Below are positions 44,442 to 57,619 of a stretch of DNA of 64,000 nucleotides, one piece after another; positions within the stretch are counted from its first letter, which is position 1; the number at the start of each line of letters is the position of its first letter. Under the pieces are notes generated by a model. The model was not told the origin of the DNA. It did not search any database and worked only from the letters and a program-made list of their open reading frames with translations. Position numbers and translations under genes: made by a program. This DNA is from Adineta vaga (lineage: Eukaryota; Animalia; Rotifera). The stretch covers positions 6,448,001 to 6,512,000 of the forward strand of contig CP075496.1 in assembly GCA_021613535.1 (NCBI GenBank), written 5' to 3'.

Positions 44442-45626
44442 ATGGCATACAGATTCGTATCCCTTGTTTTTTTTCTAAGTAAGAAAACATTTTTTCGAAC
44501 TTTTTCGATTCAATTCTTTTCAATTTAGCATTGAATGCATTGATCTATTCAAATGGACAATTTAATCGAATACCGCGAGATTCTGCTGATCTTAAATCAG
44601 CTATCAAACGTTCAATAGATTTGAAATGTGAATATTCCGGTATCGATGGTGATGGTCAGTTTCAAGAATGGTATAGAGATAATATGACAGTAAACAGTGA
44701 AAAACCAGGACATTATATTGTAAGAAAAACTAGCAATGAAACAACATTAACAATAAAAATTTTCGGTAATTAATTATAGAAAAGTTTTGTTTGAAAAATG
44801 AAAATTTATCGAACTTTTTATTGAATATTTTAGTTAGAAATGATAGCTCAGTAAATAGATGGTACGTGAAAACAAGTAAACCTGGTTACAGCGCACGGCC
44901 AGCATGTGAATTTGGTCGAATAAGACGTAAATAAAATTCATTCTCTTTGGAATTCTCTATTGTATCTGATTTTTTCACGTATTGTAGTTATAGCATCACC
45001 ACAAAGCATCAAAACAGAAAAGGAACTATTAGATTCATCACATGGTTCATTACGACGAAACGAAGGTGGTTTTATTAATATGACATGTAATATTAAGCCT
45101 AAACCAAATCGAGGATATCATTTGAATCCAGTCAAATGGGAGTATAGTGTTGATGATAAAAATTATACAGCTTTACCAGCAGGAGTAATACAAAGTGAAG
45201 AAAACATAACTATTTCTACTGTGAAAAAAATGCATCGTGGTTATTATCGTTGTACTTTGAATAAAATATCATTTGCAGTTTTATTACGTGTCAAAGGTTT
45301 GTTCGAATAAATTTTAATAATTCATTTTGTTTGAGAATATTTCCATCTATTTTATTTTACAGATCAATATGCCGCACTTTGGCCATTTTTGGGTATTGTT
45401 GCTGTTGTTCTCATCTTAGTTCTTATTATATTAATCTTTGAAAAACGTCAAAAAGCAGCTCGAAAAGCAGTTGTAACAAATGACGAAGATCATACGAAAG
45501 ATCCGTAAGAAAGATGAAGAATTTTTCTTTAAGAATGCTTAAAATTCATTTTATTTCTTTAGTCTTGTACGATCAACAAATAAATCATCAGATAATGATA
45601 ATAAAAAGCGTGCAATTAAAGCTTAA
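44442..45626 (+). CDS. Basigin/neuroplastin-like two-Ig transmembrane protein (6 exons)
   Basis: Signal peptide, two Ig domains (LKC..WY; MTC..W..RGYYRC) and the family-typical TM AALWPFLGIVAVVLILVLIILIFEKR. Confidence 0.82.
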
Positions 45627-47045
45627 TTTATCATATTTAGAGAATGATTTGCTTTTATTCTAATCTAGGTTTCTGTTTTGCTAACGAAATTGTTTTGATC
45701 CTTTAGTCATTAATGACAGTATTTCTTCCTCTTCATTTTCTAGAATAATATATTTCTAAATAATACGAACAGTAGTTCTTTCTTTTTTTTTGAATAAGTT
45801 AACCTTTCTTTTTCTTTTTTTATCTCCTTTCTCCGTGCTAGTTTGAGTATGTGATAGTATGTTGAATAATTATCATGGGAAGTTTTTATCAAACAGAAAT
45901 ATTTGCTTTACGTCTAACCTCGACAGTGGTGTACGTATTCTTCTTCTCTCTCTCTCTGTTTTTTTTGTTCCTTTTTTTTCACAATTGCGCTGAATACCTT
46001 GTTTTTTTTACTGATTTAATAATAAAAAAATAACGTGGAAGACTGATAGCTATATCATCGTCCACAGGAAACAGTTAAATGAGCATTTCAATCTTTCTGT
46101 AAGAACAAATAAAACTTCTGTAGAAGTCAGAATCGATAAAGACGTGCTGATGTCATCTTCTAGAACAGTAGATATCAGAATGATACATTTGTTCTATTTC
46201 TGTCAGATATATTCTTGTTTGGTTGTCCTCATCGATGTATTCCTCGGTTAACTATTATACTTGATGTATTACACTTCTGGTTTATGTTATATCAGCACAT
46301 TCTTAGGTTGTTTTCTTTTTCATAGCATCTATTCATTATTATCATTATTATGCGAAAGAAACCATCGATATTATATGGAGAAAAATAAAAACTTATCATT
46401 GTCTCGATTTTATCATAGAAACATTGATTTATGCGACGTGATATGTTAATCGAGCTTAGTGAATATTTTTGTCTAACATTTCATTCAAATATCAAGGCGA
46501 TCTATTGCTCTTACGCTATTCTTACAAGTTATTGATAAAACAGATTTTTTTCTCATTTATAATAACCATATTCTATCGATGATAAGATCGATTTCAATAT
46601 ATTCAAATATTGTTGATGAAATTTAGTGATGATCAGAGGAATATGATAAAAAATGAGTATGTGACTCAAAGATTGTATCTTTCAAAATGGTCGGGTACAA
46701 CAAAATTTATCAACATATCATGCTTAAATGTGAGCAATGATTGATTGATTTCTAGATAAGAAACTGTATGTAAGCACTAAATATCTTTCTTATCAATAGA
46801 TTGCACATAAGATAGAATGTTTACTTGAGATGATTTTGTATCGATTCTTCATATTTATCAATCGAATTATGGTGTGTAATGAACAAAACTAATTGATCGT
46901 AGAAATTAACCCCATTTTATTTCGTTTTATATAATTTGAAATGAGATCAATTACTTGAAAGCTTTCATAAAAGAAAAATAAAATTACACAACGGCAGAAA
47001 ATAGATAACAGTTCAATTTTTAGTTGTATATTGTAATAAGACAGA

Positions 47046-49865
47046 TTATTTTCGACGAAATAATGATTTGATTTTATTACCAACAGCTGTTGGAGCATCT
47101 TTAATTGAACGTTTACCTTTCGCATCATTATCGCCATGAAAAAGACGTGTAGAACCTATGATATATAGAGAAAAAAGCGATTATTTAGCATAATAAATTT
47201 TCCATATAGTATCTACCGGTCTGTGCAGCAGCCGCACTTGCGGCAGGTGGTTGATTAGATGCCGCTGCTTGTGCACCTCGATCACCGCCTGCATTTCGTT
47301 GATCTGGTGGTACAAAATGAACTAAAGAGAAAATGAAAAAGAAATTCATAGTTAAAAAGAAAGAAGAAAGATTAAATGAAATTTACGGTTTGGATTTACT
47401 ACTGCTCCTGCTCCTGCTGCTGCTCTAGCATTGTTTTCGACCGTTGTTCGAGCATTAGTCGGTGCATTTCCTGCAGCGACTGCTGATCTAGCATTATTTT
47501 CAACAGTTGTTCGAGCTGTAGTGCCTGGATTCGTGGATGCACCAGCAGCACCTCTAGCATTGTTTTCAACAGTTGTTCGTGATGTAGTCGGTGGATTCGC
47601 TGCTACAGTATCGCGACTATTGGGTGGTGGGCCAGTGGTGGCAGATCGTCCACCTGGTGTAGTAGCTGGATTTTGTTGAACATTAGATCGACTTGTTGTT
47701 GATGGTGGAACTGGGTTCGTTGGTATTGATGGTTTTTTATCATCCTCACTGTCGCTAACTTGATCTGATCCAGACATCTCTGAACCGCTTCTTTCAGTAC
47801 CACTTCCTTGTGCAGGATTATGACCATTTGTTGCTGGACGAATTGTTGGTGGTGTTGGACGAATATCTTCACTACGCAGTGGTACTTGATTAGCTACGGC
47901 ATTCCGATCACGAGCACCTGATACTGGTTGAACAACAGGTGTAGTTACTGCTAGTGTATTAACAGACTGCGGTAGTCTCGATGGAGTATTCGTAGGATGA
48001 TCATGATCACTGTATGGTGCTGTATAATCATCTTCAGAATCAGATCCTGTTGATCCCATTGAATTTCTTGAGTATTGACCTGATGAAATGCGTGCAGCAA
48101 GTTTAACGCCTTCAGGACGATTTACTGTTGATACACTATCTTCATTTGCTGGAATTGGTTTAGAAGAAATAGTTGTAGGATCTCCAAGAGGTTCTAGATA
48201 AGAGAAAGGTATAGTTTATTTTTTCATCTATTGATAGATTTAATGTTAAATGCAAGTAAGAGGTATTAAAAATATTCTTACTAAGTCCTCCTGATCTTGT
48301 ATTTGTTTGATTAAGTCTTGCTAAAATATTTAAATAATTGTTAATATACATTAATTAAGTATAAAATATCTTACGAGGTGGTGATGTTCCTTGATCATGT
48401 ACTTCAGCTTTCTTTTTTCGTGGATTTATTGGTACTCCACGATTATCATGATCACTGTCATGTGTTGATGCTGATGTTACAGAAGTAAATGATTGTTTGG
48501 AATCAAATTTTTGTAATGGATGTTGTCGATTTGGTGATCGAAGTTCATTAATATTATCATCATCACTATAATCAGATTCATCAGAATATTCATTAGAATC
48601 ATATTGATGTTGTGGTTGTCTACGTTGATGATTTCTTCCGCCGAAACTATTTCGAAGAATATCATCTGCTTGTCTTGTAAAACCTTTTCGAACAGTAACA
48701 GGTGTTGAAAAACCAATATCATTTAGATTTTGACCGAATTCTTTATCTTTCTCAACAAATTTTACACTAGATACAAATGGTTGAATTTCACGAAGATAAT
48801 CTTCTTGAACACGTTTTATTAAGTTTCCCAAATCAAATGGTTGCATATGATTATTAACTGTTGGATCTGTTGTTATAGATGATGATTGATGAGGATATCG
48901 TTGTGATGTATTGGTATATAATGGTGATGATAAAGGATCTTGTGTATGTTGAACATTCAATGATGGTTGAAAAGTAGACTGAAATGAAGATGGATGATTC
49001 GAAGAAGTTGTCTCTTGTCTGTCATAGAGTAGATGAAGTGGATCATCTTCTAACGTATATAATTTACCGGGTATCACTTGAGTAACAAGTCCATCTTTTG
49101 TTTTAATAGGTAAAGTTGATTTTGATGGCTTTGGTTGTTGTGATGGTGGAATACTATGTTGAAAATTATCATAACTACTATTGGGTCGAGAATGTAATGA
49201 TGATTGCGTCGTATGATTAGTAGAAGTTTGATCCAAACGCGGTTGAGATTGTGAAAATTGGCTAGTATTTGGTCGAATGATACTTGAATAGCTATGTGAA
49301 GGTGCTGTTGTTGACATCGATGGATGATTTGTTTGAAATGAAGATACTAATGATTCATTATGTTCAGTAGGAACACTAGCTTGAGCAGGTAATCGACGAC
49401 TAGTTGTTGTATTAGTTAGATTATGTGGTGCAGCACTAAATAAAATTAAGAAATTAAAATTTATTTTCAAAAATTATTATTAAGATATTTACTCTGGTGC
49501 ATATTTTTCTAAAAGTTTATCAACAGCATAACCAAGCTGTTGATCGTGTGCATCTTGATAAACTACATTTGCTTTTGGTTGTGTTCGATTATGTGATAAT
49601 GTATGATAATTATTTGATTGTTTTTGTTGATCTATGAATAAAACAAAAATAATCATTTTAGATTGACTCTAGATTTGTTTTTTAAATCAAATATACCATG
49701 TTCATGAGTTGTTACTGCTGGTGCAAATGGAGGTGGAAGCTCATCGAGAAGTTCAATTTCAGTTGCACTTGTACCTATTCGATGATGATTATTATGTATT
49801 TCATTATCAGGATCGTAGTTGTTGTTATTGAAATTTGCTATATTACCAATAGCATTGCTTGTCAT
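47046..49865 (-). CDS. Uncharacterised low-complexity/disordered protein (about 7 exons, including a 39-nt microexon)
   Basis: Long open exons (371 and 235 codons in the ORF track) join in frame at GT-AG sites. The protein is S/T/P/N-rich, has three TTVENNAR repeats and ends KIKSLFRRK*. Confidence 0.75.
47425..47580 (-). repeat. Three-copy coding repeat (RTTVENNAR), 63/66-nt spacing
   Basis: ctagcatt(g/a)ttttc(g/a)ac(c/a)gttgttcg at 47425, 47488 and 47554. Confidence 0.85.
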
Positions 49866-52233
49866 TGTTTAATATCTTACAAAAAAAAAGTTAATGTTTC
49901 GAAAAGAGAATATTTTGTTGCCGACGATTTAATGTGCATACGTAAGAGAGAAAAAAACGTATGAGATGAGAAAAAAATCGATCATGCAGAACATTTATAC
50001 AGCCTTCAGCTTCAACTACTAAACGCGCTGCACCTTTCTAATATATACATATATACATCCTACGTTTATTGTGTATATGTGTATGTTCGTAGAACGAACA
50101 AATATTTATTACATATATACCTTCAAATAAGATATATAATCGACGATTGTTTATATCGCTACAAGATATTATTTTCACGTTTTTCGAAAATAAAACGTCG
50201 TCAAGCTATATCATGAATATGACTGAGAATAAATCGTTAATTTATCATCCATTGTAATAAATAAAAGTTATATCTAATACAGTTTTCTTTTTTTACAAGA
50301 CTGTTATTAAAGTAGTACAGAATGATTAATATCAAATAATGACATTGAATTATTTTTTTTCTATTTCACATTTGATTAATTATTCACAGAGAAAAAAGCA
50401 TGTTTTGGTTAAGTTTGACGCACTGTCTATTAGTTTTTTTTTGTTGTTGTTTAGAAATGTAAAAACACCCTATTTCAGTCACATAATGAAATAACCGTTG
50501 ACTTCAAACATGAAATGACAACCTAATTTTTAATTATCAAAGCTAATTTAAAGCTATGAGATCTATGTTGAAGATCAACTTGATAAATTACAAATCATAG
50601 AATAACAAACATTTCGTATTATACAAAAAAAAGTAACAATTTCATCTATATTTGATTCATTTTTAAAGACATAATTGCCTTTCATATAACTAGAACGGAT
50701 TCATGGTGAAGATCGAATTTATTTGAATTGATAAAATCACAGTTAAATTTCATTTTCTTTTCCTTAATGATTTGTTCATGTTCGTCAATTGTCAATTGCG
50801 TAATATTCTTCAATATAAATTATAAACTAAACTGGCCATAACGTTCGCTCCTATGTTTTATTCTTGTGTATTTATTTTCAAATATTTGCTGATAAATTTT
50901 ATGGACAGGATCGATCCGTACTCTACTCTCATTAATAGTCATTTCTTTCTGCCGATCAATACAAATAACTAGATCTTTTTATATCTTCTTGTACCTTAGC
51001 TCTGATGAATATCCATGGAAAGAAATAGACATCTATGCGCTCGATTGCATCACTGTGCTATTCATAAGGCTAATTACTTCTAAACATGACTGAAATCGGA
51101 AAATTGAAGAAAAAAACAAAACAAACATGATATCTAAATTCTAAAGGAGACCACCTATTGTGGATTAACCACATACATGCAATCTTTCAAATCGTTATTC
51201 TTTTCTAACTGAACGAAATCTGTCGATCACACTTACACTTTTTTGTAGAAAAAAGAATAACGTTTATTACACTTGAACGCATTCGTTCTCTTACTTTTCT
51301 CACGATTCCACCATTTTTTCTGTCGATATAATCATCGATCAAGAATAATACTTCTCAACATACGATATATCGACCAGCATCATAAGCATGTTATCACGAC
51401 AATAGAAAGAACATTCGCATGAATGGGAACAACAATGATGACTACAGTCTCCATAATTGACCTTTATTGTCTTTGCTGTCATAGACAATTTCAATGATGA
51501 CCTATCATCGATAGAACGAGAGGAAAATTCTGACAAAACAATTTAAATCTTCTCTAAGAATGGATCAAAAGCGATTATTGATATTCATTTGATTATCATA
51601 GTTCCGGATGTTTCTACACGTGTTCAATATAATCTTGATAATGAAGATCAAAACGGATTTAATCAGCTTATAGTTCTGTTCATCTGGAATGAATCTAGTT
51701 CTCTGAACTAAAGATACAATAAAAAAGAATGAATGTTCAATAGTATTAAAACATTTTTTCTTTTCGCGAGAAGAAAAAAAAGCCGGATGTTGAAGTTTTT
51801 TTTCTTGCTTTAAAACCTAGTTAATTATAGAATCGCCTGCCGACTAATGGAAGGAGGAGATATGTCGAGTTGTAATTAGTATTCATGAAAAAGAACAACA
51901 ATGACTATTACCACCGGAAATCATCGTTGAAAGTTTGGAACAAGAAACAACGTCATCTTCAATTGAGCAGATGTCTTTTACAACGATTAACTTCACTTCA
52001 GATCAGGTGAGAGAAAAACTAGATCGAAATAAGACGATGATTGTTCTTTCTCTTCTTCATTTGATCAAAATCTTGCCTCAAGACATTCTATTGCATATCC
52101 ATTGTTAAGTATGAAACCTTCTCTTCTTTTTTTTTCTTTTTTTATATAAATACATGTACAGACAAAGAACATTGACAAGAAATAAGAAACAAAACTTTTC
52201 ACAACTTGAAACGTCCAAAGATATTGATATATT

Positions 52234-53236
52234 CTAACTGGTCACAAATGGTGGTAGAGACCAAAAATGATTTCGATTATTTGAATATTCTATATGTTCA
52301 TATGGAGATGAAGATGTTGGTAATAGGACAGTATCAATATTAAATGAATTTGTTTCCAAAGGATTAGAATGAGCTGATGGAGATGCAGCAGAAGAAGAAG
52401 AAGAAGAAGAAGATGCTGGTGGATGTTGTTCTTGTTTTACTAAAAACATAGAATCACTACGTTTATTGTTTATTATTCGAGATGTGCGATGTGATGATGA
52501 TAGGTTCGGGTTGGGGGGTTGGGAAGGTGGTAGTGGTGGTGGTGGTGGTGATAACGAATGATGACTAACGTTTTTGACAATTTTCTTTTGTTTACTTCGT
52601 TTATTTTGAAACCAAATTTTTACCTAAGAAGAACAAGCAGAGCAGTAAAGATCAAATCAGATGTATTTTCTTTTTGTTTATTTTACTTGTGTTTGAGTTA
52701 AACCAAGTGAAGCAGCTAATTCAGCACGTTCAGGTAAAGCAAGATATTGTGTACGTTGAAAACGTTTGTTAAGTACTTGTAATTGCATACTGGAATAGAT
52801 TGTTCTTGGTTTACGAATTTTTTTACCTTTAATTGTAAGTTTTGGTGGAATATCACGTTCATCATAATGACATTTTTCATCTGAAAATAAAATGCAATAA
52901 AAAGGAAAAGATTTAGAATGAGACAAAAAATAGCAAATCATCTTTTGATTAACCTGTATCAAGTGTTAATGATGGATAAGGTAATGAATATGGGTATGGA
53001 TATGTTGGAAACGAATTTCGTGTTGTCGAATAGAATTGTTCATCAGATGTTGGATGATGATAAGTATTATGTTGAACAAAATTGGAATATTGTTGTTGAG
53101 GATCATTTAAATCAATAGGTTGATGATGAAGATGATGATTTGGAAAATCAATAAAACTATTGGATTTAGTTTCTTGTTCATAAGATAACGGTAATGGTGG
53201 TGGAAGTGTTTGTGTTGATGGTTCATTATGCATCAT
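52234..53236 (-). CDS. Dll: Distal-less (Dlx) homeobox transcription factor (3 exons)
   Basis: [45 protein letters not shown]|[11 protein letters not shown], with the conserved homeobox intron position. Confidence 0.96.
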
Positions 53237-54618
53237 GTTTGCCTTCCGGTGACTCTCTTTTTTCTTTTCGTTCGTTAGGAAAATAATTTGATATTGTTTA
53301 TTCTTTTTATTGAATTGCAATTTCACTTTGGATAATAATAGAGATAAGCGAAGACAATGTGCAATAATGAATGAGAAATTAATGAAGCTAGATGAGCGTA
53401 AGTATAATTTTCTTTCGATAATTACGGTTGACGATACATTGATGAAAAACGATCAGTAATCGATGAGTAAATTGTGCTGTTGTCTACTTTGTTAAATTTA
53501 ACTCAATGATAATGATCCACTTTTTAAACTTGTTGAATGGCAGTATGCATTCTGATTCCAGCGACAATAATTAGTTAGCAAGAAGAAGGATAATTTGTAG
53601 GGGAGAAACAATTTTTTCTTCGAACATCAATGTCTTTATCCAATTGGTGAAGTCGAGAAGAACAGAAAAAGAATTCGCCTTCTTATTGGTCTTTGAGATA
53701 AAAATGATTTTTTATTGGTTAGAAGAAAATATCATCCTTCTCTTATCGTTCTCCTTCCAGTATAACCTTGGAAAAGGTAGAGAACGTGTATATTCATAAA
53801 ATTTTATACAGGTGAATTTTACTTGAAAGTATGACATTTTTTTAAATAAAGGAAGTAATATTGTTAATCTTGCATGTGATAAGCTAAAATCGATGTTAAT
53901 TGCAATGGTTTTGATAAAAATTGGTAAGCTGATGAAAGGATGTTGTTTAGGTACGAGAAATTGTCCCTTGAGAGTCACTTTCTGTTTATGTATAATCGCA
54001 GTTTTCGTTTTTTTGTTGTAAATTATCTTCTCTCGTTAAGAACTTTTCAATCTGATTCATTCGTATAGTGCTCTTCCATGATGTTCTCCTAACTATGCCA
54101 ATCCTACATTAACGAACCCTAAAAGTTTTTTTTCCGTTTCATCTTCCTGAATATATGTGCAAAGTATAATTATGTCGAGAGCACAACGGATGTCATGTAT
54201 GAATTTGTCCATTGACATCGAGCGCTACAAAGTAAATTATAGTCATTTAGTTTCATCATATAAAGGAAAGAAAAAACCTAGAATCTGTTCTCCTGTCTTT
54301 GAGCCTTATGAAAACAAGGTTATTTGTTACTTTTTTCTTTTTCGAATAGACGAGAGTTGATTTACTTTTCCTGACGTTTACTACTTGAAATTCTATTGAA
54401 AAAGTATTTCAAGTGAGAAGTCAGGATTCTCTTGAGAAGTAGAAGAGAATGTTCAATTCATTATTTTGTTCGTTTTCTTAGTTTCTTAATTTCATTACAA
54501 AAAAAACACATAACAATTACGCGCATCCATTGCGAAAAGAAAAACGTAGAAAAAAAAGAGATAACAACAAAGAATATGTAATTAATAGGCACATTTCGAA
54601 TACTTTCCATATGTATTA

Positions 54619-56843
54619 TTAAACTACAAAGGATTTATTCATGTTGCCACTCTTGAATCGTTTATTTGCACCGCCTCGGCCACCAAAATCTGAATGACGT
54701 TTTTGTGATATTGTAGATGCTTGATCTTGATTAAACTGGCCTTGTTCACTATTTTAAAATTTAATTATCACAAAATTCTGTTCATCAATCAAATAACTTA
54801 CGTATTTTTCTGATATTTCTCAAATTTTGCTTGCATTTTACCGGTACCCGATATACGTTTCGCCTGAAAAAAAAATGTTTTTTCTGTCTCATTCAATTTA
54901 AAAGTAATGTAATCATACAGCATTCTGTTCGAGTAAAGCAAATTTTCGTTCGAGATCTGCACGTTGTTCCATGCCGAGTGTTGCTTGAGTATCTTCACCA
55001 AGTGCATCGACACGAATAGCTAATGCAGCTTTGGAAGCTAACATCCGACTAACTTTACCTTTCAATTTTGCTGATGTTTGACCAACTAATGATGAATGAT
55101 AAATTAAACCATATTTAGGTGTGTCATGTTTTGTTTTCATTGCACGAAAAAGAGCCTTTTCGGCACCTAGGATTTGAACCGTAGATGATGGATGTTTAGC
55201 AAGATTCAGTAATGATCCTAGAAAAACGTTTCATATGTTTCGACAATGACTTTTTACAAAAAGAAAGAATATTTACCTGCATGTGCGATAAGTCGAGCAC
55301 CAACTAATTCACCAACTAATACTGTTAGATTAGGTGCAACAGCCATCATTCGATTTTTTAAGTATTCAAATAATTGTGCTCGATAATCAGATATTTCAAT
55401 AACCTATTAAAATATAAATAATAGCAATTGATTCTGATAAAAATATCATGAGGCCAATAATCTCAGTGGGGGACCGATCAACATGCGTTATGTTCAGACT
55501 GGGGCGGTAACTAACGTCATCATAGATGTATTGGCCTTGAGAATAGAATTATTGTTCTCGATGTTAGATTCGAACATGAGACATGTATTCTTTAATCGAT
55601 TCAACTAAACATACTTGAGAACAGAGATGACGAATATTGGTTATATCTTCTTCAGATATTTCAGTACCCATAGATATTTCTGCAGCTTCTTTTACTTGTG
55701 CTTCAACTTCGGCAGGTAATATATCGGATAGATCAAGTTCAGCTGCATTCGTTCGATATCCTAAAAATAGTCGATATATAAAATAGTGATTCATTTAACG
55801 ACTGATTTCTAACCAATTCTTTGTACTGTTTTACAAAAAGCAATATTATCTTGTATAATTTTAGCTAATTCTGGAAAATGCCAACCATACCATTCTTTAC
55901 AACGCATTATATAATTATTCGTTTCTTTATCGAGATCATCCAATAATGCTACATATTATAATAGGAAATTTAGTTAAATTTAATTCATTCATAGAAAAAA
56001 TACATACAGATAGCTTGAACAATCATTGTATCAACTTTATCGGGAGAAAACTTAAGCTTATAACGTGATAAACTAAAAAATATAGAGAAAAAAAACAGCG
56101 TTTAATATTGAAATCGACGACTTTACTGTTATGATTTTAAGAAGAAATTCAATTTGACATATTCTATGAACGTTTTTACTCTAAATATTCGTTTATCTAT
56201 TGTCTGAAGATCATATTCGGCTAGTTCTTTCTTACAAACCTGTGTGCTAGACCAATGCGCATAGCAGCTAATTCTTTTTCATCAATTTGTAAAAGACTAT
56301 CAGCTTGTGAACGAATAATACGCATAAGATCTTGTACAGAACTATTACAAATACAATCAAAACTAAATTTATCCTAAAATATATTCATATCAAACCAATC
56401 GAACCATTAAACATGAAAACATACTTTAATCGCTTTGCCGAGTGCTGAATCAGCAACAAGCAATTTTTCTTGTACATTTGGATCAACAAGAGTTTTAAGT
56501 AATTTTTTCAATGGCTTAGAAATTTTTCCTTCAACAGTTGCAGTTGCTGCAGCAAGCGCTTGAGTTGTATCTTCAAATTTTTCAAAATGAGTTAACTTTA
56601 AACTGGAAGACAAAATAAAGATTTAATCGAATAGTTCAAATTGTAAAGATTAACATACATTTTCGCTGCTTTCTCCGGTGATTCAAAATCGAGATATAAA
56701 TTCTTCGTCTCTTGTAATTTCTTTTCATCGAGCAACTAAAAATGAAAATTTCCAATGAACATTCGGAAACAAAGACAAATAAATTAATAAATAGATACTT
56801 TAAATATAGCATAGCCAGCCGATGTTTCAAATAAAACAAGCAT
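54619..56843 (-). CDS. NOP58: Nucleolar protein 58 (box C/D snoRNP core)
   Basis: [90 protein letters not shown]. Confidence 0.96.
55451..55537 (-). ncRNA. SNORD31: Intronic box C/D snoRNA, U31/SNORD31 (yeast snR67)-like, in NOP58 intron
   Basis: Minus strand: 9-bp terminal stem AGGCCAATA/TATTGGCCT, box C ATGATGA, guide TACCGCCCCAGT directly before D' CTGA (complementary to the conserved LSU rRNA ACUGGGGCGGUA), and box D CTGA. Confidence 0.9.
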
Positions 56844-57619
56844 GATACAAATAACCTGATGGATAAAAAAATTGATAACTCAAGATGAACAGCGCACACA
56901 AAGTCTTTTCTATTTGAACTTGAGTTGTTTATTTCGCAATACGAACAATAATTTTACCAATCTTTTTCTAGCGTCGTTTCGCCCACCATATGAAAATAGA
57001 TGTCGCTATTGCATGTCAATGAAGAACGGTGAATATATTTCACTTAAAGGATTAACAATCGAAACATCACATGACTTGAGGAAAACAGAAGTCGATCGAA
57101 AAACAAACTTTCATATGATACTACTAGGAGACTATATGGATCTTATTATAATATCGTACTATTACAAGACTTCACATTGAATAAGTGAACAAAAATATGA
57201 TACGAAAGTCTTCGGAAATATTCTAAGAGAAATCTTTTTTTATGTAGAAAATATCATTCGTTCTAATTAATTTTTTTAGAATGTAGATTTCATGATTCAT
57301 CTATCATATATTTCTCCATTTGATTCAGTCATACATACATATATATATATATATATATAGATTAACTGCAATAAAAAGGGTAGTTTCGTTGTATTATTCA
57401 ACTGCTAATCTTTGTTCTTGATTATTCATTTAAATGATCTTAAAATAATATATAGTCGAAAGGACATCAATGATAACTCATTATAATACATATCATAAAA
57501 TGAGAAAAAAAACCGAGATTATCTCGAAGTTTATGATAGTTAGTATCAATTCTTGTATTTATATATTTGTTTTGTAAAGAGAAAAAGAAGAAACGTTACA
57601 CTTTTTCGGACAAACTATA

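Noticed and set aside
46036-46052. TGGAAGACT resembling the miR-7 5' end
   Set aside because: The remainder does not match and no hairpin is evident.
55464-55474. AGTGGGGGAC resemblance to the U1 snRNA 3' region
   Set aside because: Only about 10 nt, overlapping the snoRNA box D complement; no other U1 features.
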